A DNA stretch of 64,000 nt from Octopus vulgaris (lineage: Eukaryota). The stretch lies in NCBI GenBank assembly GCA_951406725.2, contig OX597819.1, positions 117,304,001 to 117,368,000 of the forward strand, given 5' to 3'. Both the position numbers and the translations under genes were made by a program. Every line of letters starts with the position of its first letter. Position 1 is the first letter of the stretch. Shown piece after piece: positions 52,956 through 64,000 of the stretch. Below the pieces are notes generated by a model. The model saw only the letters and a list, made by a program, of their open reading frames with translations. It did no database searches and was not told the DNA's origin.

Positions 52956-54693
52956 TGTATCATAATATATAATATACATCGGTTTTTACAATCACATATT
53001 CATCTATATCTTTCAATTTATTTACCGCTCTGTTCATCTCCTAGTTAGTTTGTGAGTTCTACGTATATGCGTGTGCGTGGAGAGAGGTGGCTGTTTGTTT
53101 ATTTGCCTATTGATGTATCTATCCATCTTATTTTTATATATGACTAGCAGAAACGTATGCCTATGTAGAAAAATATACATATACATACCTCCATATATTT
53201 ATATCTGCGTGAGCGCGTTCATACTTATGGCTATGGCTAGTTATGTGTGTGTGTGTGCGCCTGCATCTATGTAAGATGAGTGACAAAGGCACCATGAGTA
53301 AGAAAGAGTTAATCATTTAAACATAATGATTTTTTTTGTTTTATGGTCGAGAATATTTTCCGAGAAATACAAACCTTGCAGATCCTCCGGGATTACTGAG
53401 ATTGATGTTCTTAACGCTCCATTGAAACTATTTGTGGATTAACCCACCTACAAAAATACATGCAAGGAGGAGATTCAAACGGGCTGATGCTTTGAAGATG
53501 AGGGTTTTGCATAGATATTAGTGCAAGCAATGTTAGTCGCATCACTGCAGTTGCTGAAATATGAAGACTCAATTGGTTAGTGGGTAAGTAAGTGCTATAA
53601 GTACCAGACCAGCTAATTCTGTAGAACAGATTATTTTAGAGCAGATGTAGAAAAGAATACGATAGCTCACCTGAAGTCTACCTATTACAATGTGTCTGTT
53701 ACTGATGAATTGCCAATTAGCCGAGTGGCCCAGCTCTGAGAATGGTGCATGGTATCAGTGTACACAACGACAACACTGTCTCAAATACAGGAGCAGTACA
53801 CCATTGCAGACCAGAAATGTGGCCTGTAGATAATCGGCACTTGTTGGGGCCTTGAGTATATTTTGACACAAAAGAGAAGGGTTTGTCTTTGCCATCTGAT
53901 ATCAGCCTCCTTGAGATTGTGCTTGCACCAGGAAACCCTCTTTTTCATACTGTAACTCAAGATTCGAAGTACCTATGGTGACACTCATATACTACGTGGG
54001 GCGGAATGGTGGTGTTTCCTTGATATGATTGGCTGATCGTTTTTATTTTTCGTTAAATGTGTGAATTAGGTAATAAATTCGAGTTTGGTATGAGGAGCCT
54101 GGATTGTGTGCGGATAAGACACAATTATAGAAGCTTAGGAAGAGAGGAAATGCTGCAACAGCTTCACGAGAGTGAACGTTGTTCGATGTGGTCTCAAGTA
54201 GAGCGTTGATGTATAGAAAAAAGCCTGTGAAGAACAGAACATAAAGCTGGGAACAGGAGAACTTATTGAGAGTATACTGCAATAAATATATCTTTTCTCT
54301 TCCGCCCAGCAAAGAAATATCTATAAAGGGCTGTCAGTTCGCCGCATGGTTCCAAATGGTAAAGACTTTGTCCTGGATAATGGCGAACGAGAGGTGATTT
54401 TGGGTTTATGTTCTCGCCGTATATGAAAGTGTATATTTAATAGTGCGTTGAAATATCACGAAGAACTCCAATCAGGAGTCATGTTTCAAATGCTTGCAGT
54501 AGATTGGACTCAATTAATTGCTTGAGTTCAGTCTACTGCTAGGTGCAGACAGTGGTAAGAAACCAGGTGGCATATTGCACCAGCCAACAAAAAAATATAA
54601 ATGGAATTGAAGTGATTTTGTAACAATGGTGATACATGCAAGTAGTAGTGTTGACTAAAGCAGTATCCAGTAGTAGTAGGGGTAGAAGTGACT

Positions 54694-54756
<63 letters not shown>

Positions 54757-54757
54757 A

Positions 54758-54808
<51 letters not shown>

Positions 54809-54830
54809 TGGTAGTAGTAGTAGTAGTAGT
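54694..54830. repeat. (TAG)n microsatellite
   Basis: Direct reading. Confidence 0.96.
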
Positions 54831-55179
54831 ATATTATAGAGAGAATAGTAGTCGATTGCGACGGTTCTACGAGTAGCCGAAGCAGCAAAAGTAAGTTGGT
54901 AGCAGCAGGGGCGTTGTGAGAAGATTAGTTGATGCAGTAGTTGGAGCAATGTGGTCATTTCAAAATCTGTGATAGGAGTGGGTGTGTTAGATGGAGAAAG
55001 GAGAGTGAATCAATTCAGGAAAGTACAGGTCAAATTTCTGTATAATTTGGACGTTGCTTCTGCTATCGTTAATGTTGCTACAATTATTGTTCGTTATATT
55101 TTTGTTGTACGCTTTGTTGTTCTTCTTCTTCTTTCTGCAATGCTTACTGTTTTTGTGGCGATGAATAGCAGATTTCTTC

Positions 55180-55968
55180 GGGCGGCGAGCTGGCAGAAGC
55201 GTTAGAACGCCAGGCGGAATACTTAGCCGTATTTGTCAGCTGCTGCGTTCTAAGTTCAAACTCTACCGAGGTCGATTTTACAGTTCATCATTTCGGGATT
55301 GTAAAATTAAGTACCAGTTGCGTACTGAAATCGATATAATCGACTGGCTCCTTCACCCCAAATTTCAAGTTTTGTGTCTATAATAGAACAAATCTTTTTA
55401 AAGGCGGTGAGATGGCAGAAATGTTAGCACACCAGTCGAAATGCTTAGTGGTATTTCGCTTGCCACTACGTTGTGAGTTCAAATTCCGCCGAGGTCGACT
55501 TTGCCTTTCATCCTTTCAAGGTCGATTAAATAAGTACTAGCTACGCACTGGGTTCGATATAAACGACTTAATCCGCTTGTCTGTCCCTGTTTGTCTTCTC
55601 TATGTTTAGCCCCTTGTGCGCAGTAAAGAAATAGGTATTTCGTCTGCGGTTACGTACTGAGTTCAAAGCCGCCAAGGTCGAGTTTGCCTTTCATCCTTTC
55701 TGGGTCGATTAAATAAGTAACAGTTACGCACTGGGGTCGATGTAATCGATTTAATCCATTTGTCTGTCTTTGTTTGTCTCCTCTGTGTTTAGCCCCTTGT
55801 GGGTAGTAAAGAAATAGGTATTTTGTCTGTGTTTAAGATCTGATTTCAAATTCCACTGAGGTTGACTTTGCTCGTCATTTTGGTGTTAATAAATTAATAC
55901 TAGTTGCGTACTGGTGTCGATCTAATCGACTGACCCCATCTCCAAAAATTTCCTAGAGTAGAAAAGAA
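55180..55968 (+). mobile_element. SINE family B cluster: one copy plus a three-unit array (55402-55968)
   Basis: Units joined at aaagaaata|ggtatt (about 55633 and 55816); last unit has tail variant a. Confidence 0.9.
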
Positions 55969-55989
55969 AAGCAGATTTTTTCCTTCAAT

Positions 55990-56293
55990 TCTATATTTAA
56001 GAGATGAGAAATTATGTACATTATTTACATTATTCACATTCGACGGATATTTGTCCTCATCTTGTTCGTTGTCAACACAACGCTTCAGCTGATATACCCT
56101 CCAGCCTTCTTTAGGTGTTTGGGAGAAATTTTGAACATGGGTTCTCGTTCCTAATGTATTTTTCGATGTTGTTGTTATTATTATTATTATTATTATTGGT
56201 ATTGGTATTATTATTGTTCAGGTAATTGCTTGGAATCGAACTCGGAATCTTGAGGTTAGTAGCCCGCGCTCTTAACCACTACACCATATGCCC
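55990..56293 (-). mobile_element. Second copy of the tRNA-head + HHR element, HHR core mutated (56074-56119)
   Basis: Colinear with 35720-36099; B-box gagttcgattcc intact; core reads CUAAAGA...GAAG. Confidence 0.85.
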
Positions 56294-56759
56294 ACGGGCA
56301 AATGGCGTAGTCCTTATTCTTTCTTTTTCTTGTGTGTTCAAGCGTTTTGCTGTTCATAGTAACATCATCGCTGTTATATTTGATGTTCTAATTTAGCTAG
56401 ATTATATTAACAACAAAAACAAAATAAATCGAAGTATTTCTTTGTTTCTTTTTTCTATTATATCCTTCTCTCTTATTCATAACACGGTTCACTGTCCTAT
56501 ATTTACGTTGTTGTTATCGTCACTAAAGAAAGTTATTGTTTGATTTTTATCTCCAATGTTGATGCTGGAGTGGAAGCTGTGATCGTTATTGCTGTTACTA
56601 TTGTTGTTGCTCGCCGTGAGTCAGATTTGCTGTTGTCAAGCAAACCTTAATAACACAATATGAAAATATTAGGAAAACCAAAAATACTGGTTTCAAATTT
56701 GAGCACAAGTTATGTTAATGGAGTAAGTCGATTATGCCAACTCCGTTGCTCATCTACCC

Positions 56760-56980
56760 AAGGTGGCGAGCTGGAAGAAACATGGGGACGCCGGACGAAA
56801 TGTGTAGCGGTATTTCGTCTGTCTTCGTGTTCTGAGTTGAAATTCCGCTGAGGTTGCCTTTGCCTTTCATCCTTTCAGGATCGAGAAATTAAGTACGGTT
56901 TGCTTACAGGGGTTGATCGAATCGACTGCTCCTCTCTCCCAAAATTTGGGTCTTTGTGCCTAAAGTTGAAAAGATTATTT
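56760..56980 (+). mobile_element. SINE family B (tail variant a)
   Basis: aaggtggcgagctggaagaa...tttgcctttcatcctttc...tgtgcctaaagttgaaaag. Confidence 0.8.
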
Positions 56981-57240
56981 CATCGACCCCGAAAGGATAT
57001 ATCTGTTGAAAACCGCTTTTGGTCTGTTCACGTACCTGTAACTTAGAGGTTCGGCAAAAGCGTCTCGTAATATAAGACCTAGGCTTAAAACATTAGCCCT
57101 GAGCTCAATTTCTTCATCTAAGTTCCTTCTGGATGGAGGTAGTCAAATGACTGAAACATGTAATAGAATAAGAGAATGTACAAATGCATGTACACATTAA
57201 CAAATATACACACAGCTCACAAACACACACACACACGCAT

Positions 57241-57545
<305 letters not shown>

Positions 57546-58232
57546 TACATACGTATATACGACGGGCTTCTTTCTGTGCACCAAATCCAAACCCGACACT
57601 ATAATAGAAGGCAGTCACACAAAGTGCCACGCAGTAGGATTAAACCCAGAATCACGTAGTTGGGAACCAAGCTTCTAACCACACAGTCACATCTACGCCT
57701 ATATGACAAAAGTACTCATGATATCTAGAAATATATAGCTTGAAATGTGTTAAGAGGTTTAGAATTATTATTACTAAATATTTATGCTTAGGACATAATA
57801 TTTTCTATTCATGATTCAATTGGTTATACTGTAGGACAACGCTTTTACCCTTAATGTTACGATCTAACCTGCGTTATAATACTTCAAATTGTAATCTAGA
57901 GTAAGTAAAGGCAAAATAATATTCAATTCCCGCGTTCCGAAGCTTTATAACTCATTGATGTGTAAACTTTATCTCGATACATACTATCGATCATAAAAGT
58001 GAGTTACAAAGATTTTTTTATCTTTTCCTCTAAAATATGTGACGTCATACCTGCCAATAAAATATATATTGTTTCATCTTTATTTCTGTATAGTTTATAC
58101 ACACGCGCACACACATTCTTCTATGTGTCTGTGTGTGTGCGCGTGTGTGTGTGTTTTTATGTGTGCAGAAATAGATGCAGATGTTTAGATTGACCGATTT
58201 ATATGTGTAAACTTATATATATATATACATAC

Positions 58233-58294
<62 letters not shown>

Positions 58295-59057
58295 GGTTGC
58301 ATGCATGTGTGTATAACTAGACGTATAAGCATTTGAAGTACAAAAAACAGGGATTTTAAATTAATCCAAAATGTTTGAAATATATCTATTGACATTACAC
58401 TAAGAGCTTCATAATTTTTTTGTTTCATTTTATTTTTTATATCATTTGATGTTTCATATAAAAGAATGCATTAAGTATATGCAATAAATCTAGAACAGTC
58501 CTACCAGGAAATATACTAAGATCAAAAGGAACCAAATTTAATTTCAATTTCAACAGGTATACCATCAAAATTTATGTTAAGTCAGTCGTAAATTGCTTTA
58601 ATGCCATCCAATATACTTAGTAAGGAAGGGACTATATACACTTTTATTCACGCTATTAATGATATACGCGTATATTCAGAACCATATGGACTACATGTAA
58701 AATGTATAAAAATTATGCGAAGTATCGCGAGGTTTTGTAAACATAAATAAATTAAAAGATACAAATAATGAAGGAGAAAATGTGTTAGAGACTATTTTTA
58801 GATTAATTCTGTTATTGATATCGATGAATCATCAACTTTTGATGTTCTAGCTTTTGGCTGCCCAGTTTATATATAACGTAATATCTGCTAAAAGAACAAA
58901 ACGATGCTGGATAGTAGGTCCTTATGTAATATATTTTGCATGTCACATTCACATATTAGCCAGCATACTGGATCTTGACGCCAAAGCAATATTCACAGCA
59001 AATTTTAATAAATTGCTATTTGTAAAATTCACATCGAGAGATATTCAGCATCAGTAC

Positions 59058-59325
59058 TTTGGAGCAAAGATTATTTGCCAATATAACATGGCAGTCCTGG
59101 CTTAGGATGAATGTTGCTGTAATTTAGCCCCAGGAGACATCGTCTCCAGCTGGCTATACGACACGATCTACGTCATTATATTTTCGAACAAGGAAATCTA
59201 GCAGCCCCACTCAGCTCAAAACAATATCTGTGTATCACGATTTCCGAGACGAAGGGAAATAAACAGTAACATTCGTCCTGAACCATGCCTGCCATGTTAT
59301 GTTGGCAAATAATCTTTACTCCAAA
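59058..59325. repeat. Fold-back with ~63-bp arms
   Basis: tttggagcaaagattatttgccaatataacatggcag... versus ...ctgccatgttatgttggcaaataatctttactccaaa. Confidence 0.85.
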
Positions 59326-59965
59326 TTTTAACAAGTTCAATAAGAAATTTTTCATTTCTTCACTCGTTGCGATGCGTTGTGGATGCGTTGTTTATCAATG
59401 ATGGAATGGACAAAATGTAATCCAATGACAATTGTTGTAGGCCTTTTAGCTTATAGACAGCGTACATTAAAACGTTCAGAAGTAAGGCAAATGAAAATGT
59501 GCCTTGAGAATTAATCTAGAGTGATTAATTGGAAAAAATGGATAGAAAAATGAGACGCACCAGGATTTGAAAGTGCGTGCTAAGCTGAGAGCCCTAGAAT
59601 GCATGAATGAAAAGGTCAGCAGTCAAGTAGCGGAACGCTATGTGAAAAGAGAAACTGAATGGCTAAGTGGTACCGAAAAGGGTGTGGAGAAAGAAAATGG
59701 GTATTGAAAGGTATAAAGGTAGGCTGAGAGTGGTGGCGAGGATGTGGCCATGCAAAGAGAGGGAGGTGCTAGAAAGGAGGAAACAAGAGGAGTGGAGAAA
59801 TGTAGGGAGAAGCAGAAAAGAAAGAAGGAAGAGAGACAAAGAAAGAGAGAGAATGACCGGGAGAGACGGTGTGTGGATAAGTAAAAAAAACGGTAAATAT
59901 TTGACCGAGAAAGACGGAGAAACAAATAGAAAGGAGGTGAGACCGTATCTCTGATTATAATATAA

Positions 59966-60609
59966 ATATATATAGAACATTACGTTATATAATTAGGGTT
60001 CAGTAAAAAAATTTACTTTACCACACACCGAACTTTTAGAAATAGCAGCCAAAAAATTTAGCTATTTCCTCTACTATAAGAAAAGTCTCCCAGACAATGT
60101 ATACACAAAAATAATTCACGCAGGTATAGAGGGAAAAATAACGAAAGATCACACGTACATCGATTACTTGAGAACGCCGTTTCTGGATTAGTTAGATATA
60201 GAGATGCTGGGGAATACTTTTTGAATTCGTTAGTACTGGCGGTCGAAGATGTTTTGTCTGGGATTACTCATATCAGACGTGTATGTTCGATTTTTAGTGC
60301 TCTCAAATTTAAACTTAACGAAATCTTGGGCTGATGACGGAAATGTTGATAGGAGTATGTATTTCTAGTATCTCTATATCTAACTAATCCAGAAACGGAG
60401 TTCTCAAGTAATCGATGTACGTGTGATCTTTCGTTATTTTTCCCTCTATACCTACGTGAATTATTTTTGAGTATACATTGTCTGGGAGACTTTTCTTATA
60501 GTAGAGGAAATAGCTACATTTTTTGGCTGCTATTTCTAAAAGTTCGGTGTGTGGTAAAGTAATTTTTTTTTTACTGAACCCTAATTATATTACGTAATGT
60601 TCTAAATAT
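59966..60609. repeat. Fold-back: arms ~59966-60217 and ~60359-60609
   Basis: ~250-bp reverse-complementary arms with few mismatches. Confidence 0.95.
60325..60408 (+). ncRNA. Type I hammerhead-like motif with imperfect stem II closure
   Basis: CUUGGG-CUGAUGA-CGGA...UCCA-GAAA-CGGAG-UU/CUCAAG; 6-bp stem I; C.A mismatch at the base of stem II. Confidence 0.6.
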
Positions 60610-60708
60610 AGTATAAATGGTCTTTTTACATACTGAACACTACTTGGTAAAATTATTAATTAATAATTAATTAATTTTACCCTTTATTATTGACTATATA
60701 TATATATA

Positions 60709-60763
<55 letters not shown>

Positions 60764-60781
60764 ATATATATGTATATATAA

Positions 60782-60812
<31 letters not shown>

Positions 60813-61403
60813 TATTGTTGTCTTTTGGCATGCTCATTTTTGGGGAGGTGCGGGCAAATAATCACACGCATTATATATTCGCTCTTCAGGAGTTTATCAC
60901 TTCCTATTTTAACTCATGTGCATTGTCCGGAAATCTTTCGTAACACACCTGTGATCTCTCCAGCGACACTTTCCGTCCTCGTGCGTTATCCTGTTCCGAT
61001 ATTCAATTCTGTTCTTCTATGATGTGTATCCTCATATGCACACTCGTTTGCGTGCGTGTGCGTACGCATGTTTCATAATGAGTTTGTAGGAAAATCGAGA
61101 CTACTGAACAGTTTGCTTCTTACGGTTGCTTATGTCGATATCGGCTGTCAGGTCCTCTTGAAGCTAAAGTAGAATAGTTTAACAATATATATAAAACCCG
61201 AATGTTCTTTTTACTTTTGTATTTGAAATTTAGAATGTTTGAGGTGGATAATAGGAGACTTCACTATGAAATAGATGTTTTGAAACTTAAAGGAGTCTGG
61301 AAATATTGGAGCATTATTCGATTGATTTATTTTGTTTGGCGTTACTATAACTTCGTGCAGCTTTCAATTTTCTGTTTCTGGATAAATAGAGTATATTACA
61401 GAT

Positions 61404-61800
61404 AAGGCGGAGAGCTGGCAGAAACGTTAGCACGCCGGGTGAAATGTCTAGCAGTATTTCGTCTGCCGTTACGCTCTGAGTTCAAATTCCGCCGAGGCCG
61501 ACTTTACCTTCATCCTTTCGGGGTCGATTAAATAAGTACTAACTACGCACTGGGGTCGATGTAATCGACTTAATCCGTTTGTCTGTCCTTGTTTGTCCCC
61601 TCTGTGTTTATACCCTTGTGGGTAGTAAAGAAATAGGTATTTCGTCTGTCGTAACGTTCTAAGTTCAAATTCCGCCGAGGTCGACTGGTCGACTTTTCCT
61701 TTCATCCTTTCGGGGTCGATTAAATAAATACCAGTTACACACTGGGGTCGATATAATCGACTTAAACAGTTTGCCTGTCCTTGTTTGTCCTCTCTGTCGA
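61404..61800 (+). mobile_element. SINE family B, two tandem units
   Basis: Head aaggcggagagctggcagaaacgttagc; second unit starts at aaagaaata|ggtatttcgtctg (~61636). Confidence 0.92.
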
Positions 61801-62584
61801 CAGTAAAGAGATAGATAATTACTCTAATTACAGATAAAAGAAGCGAAACAAGCAGGGTTATGTCACTGATGCGTCTATGTTGGATTTTGGGTTATTGGGA
61901 GGACTGAATGATGCAGTATAATTTCTAAGCATTTGCTTTTAGAGTTATAATCAACGCAGAGACCAATTCGTTACACCTGACAGAAACAACGATGGGTTTT
62001 CCTCAAATCTTCATTACACGTAAAATGCATAGAGAAGCATATGTAATGTATTTCTCAGTACTTTTTCGAAAGGAAATTGATAAAATTTCAAAGCATTTCC
62101 GTCATTACAGTTTTCTATTCCTTTTGACTTCGGGTTATACGACAACATACTCCATAGTTATGTCAACTTCGTTGCTCATAATTAAGTCTATTTAGAACGA
62201 TGAAATGCACGAAATGCACTGTGAACATTCTGCCTTACAATTCCCTACTTATATACTATATTATTTAATAAATTGACTCTTTTAAAGCAGTATAAAATTG
62301 ATATTTATTTGCATGCTTTATTTCTCTGTGCATTTCGGAAGAAATAAGAGCTTGATTATTCATACAATTCATTTTGTTTATAAGTTTTCCCTTTCAGCTT
62401 CAATTCAATGTTTCTTCTCTTTTTTTTCCTTTTCTTTCTTTTTTTTTGGGCGGGTGGGGGGAGAACTGAATATAAGGAGTGTTACATAGACCGAACAGTT
62501 GCAAAAAACAAAATAAAAGAAAAAAGTAAAACAAAACAAAGAATAAATAATATTAAAATAAGAAAAGCAATTTCTCCGATAATG

Positions 62585-62678
<94 letters not shown>

Positions 62679-62698
62679 GAAGAAGAATGATGATGATC

Positions 62699-62745
<47 letters not shown>
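62585..62745. repeat. (ATA)n microsatellite
   Basis: Direct reading. Confidence 0.96.
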
Positions 62746-64000
62746 TAATAGATAGATAAATAATAAAAGCAAATTCTAATATAGATATAAATAAAATTAA
62801 GTGAGAACCCATATAAACTACGCAATACATATAAACCATGCGTGATACTGTGTACTGAAATTAATTTCCGTAGACAATTTTCCGCCCATTCAGTAACGCT
62901 ATACTTCATTTTGTAATGGCAAAATGGTGTTTTTCTTAGATTAGATTAAATGTAAATTGTGTTTATCGAGGATTTACGCTGTGAATGGAACACAATTACC
63001 TGCTATTTTTTTTTTTGGAATTCTATAGCTGAGAGTTCATTGCTCATAGAATTGTTAAATTTTCTTTTTTGCTTTTTGTGAGGCAAGTTTGATTCCGATT
63101 TCATATATTTCATAATATGGAAGAAAAAAAAAATAAATGCAATTAATTTTAAATTATACAGGTAAATATATTGCGTCGTAGCTTGATATTTGCGCATTAT
63201 TTTTATATCATTACTTACAATTTTTTTAAAGATTATATTTGCACTCGTTGGTATTTCCTTCAATTCTATCAATGTAATTGAATTTTATAATTTGTTCTTT
63301 ATTTTTCCTTGAATGTCTATATAATCAAGTATGTTCATAGAAGCATACATAGAAAACAAGTCGAACTTTAAAATAAAAAGATTTAAAATGCATAGAAATT
63401 ATTAGAATCCACAGATTATTTACTCGGTGTCGAAAAGCTATTGCCAGACATCGCTCTACACATTTAAAAAAAAGAAAACTATTTTCAATTATTAATTTCT
63501 AGCAACACTATTAAATTCACGTGTTGAATTAATTCCTGTGTAAATTTCTTCTTCTTTAAAGAAAACTATATTATATTACTTTTGAAGCTTTCGGTAAGTA
63601 TGCACAATTTTCACGTCTAATAAATTCATTTTGAATCTATCGCAGTTAAATAAATGTATTTTGATTGTATCACAGTTGGTGACGATTAAAAACAGGCAAA
63701 CAATCATTAGTTGAAAATGAAACTTTAGTTTCGATAGTTTATTTCATTTTTTAAAATTTATTCTTTAATTTGTGATTAACAAATTATTTCTAAAGCACCA
63801 CTTATTAGTGATTTATATATTATTTAATGCTTCCACGATATGTTTGTTTACTGTTTAACATCAACGTCATCTACGATCGTAAATGTATGTAAGGACTTAG
63901 AAGTTGACATGTGAGAAATTATGCTGGTTAATATCAAGCAGTCACCAATCAGTGTGCAACAAATATTTTTAATCATTCCATAAATTCAGATTTATATTAG

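Noticed and set aside
53400-54560. Less AT-rich stretch, possibly an old LINE (also 21160-21560, 49000-49850)
   Set aside because: No diagnostic motif readable by eye.
59600-59950. Lys/Arg/Glu-rich ORF 59667..59954
   Set aside because: Purine-rich low-complexity DNA with no domain signal.

Overview
AT-rich, microsatellite-saturated eukaryotic DNA with no host protein-coding exon I can recognise. The repeat families look like those of coleoid cephalopods (Octopus); that assignment is inference. Nearly all ORFs in the track are translations of microsatellites or SINEs. Supported content: three tRNA-derived SINE families in many copies; two closely related mariner copies in inverted orientation plus older mariner relics; an RTE-clade LINE fragment; an L1/Tx1-type ORF2 3' end inside a (CTAT)n array; a TSD-flanked ORF1-only L1/Tx1-type element inside a SINE head; a hAT-like relic; a pogo/Tigger-like MITE; and a small Helitron. 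The main unannotated signal is a set of type I hammerhead ribozyme (HHR) motifs (CUGANGA...GAAA...UH, several with a palindromic stem III) in at least five unrelated non-coding repeats. Most sit in or beside fold-back inverted duplications, one lies in a ~460-bp tandem repeat (retrozyme-like), and one is the 3' part of a tRNA-headed SINE-like element. This suggests a collection of Penelope-dependent, ribozyme-bearing non-autonomous retroelements. All pairings and identities were read by eye.
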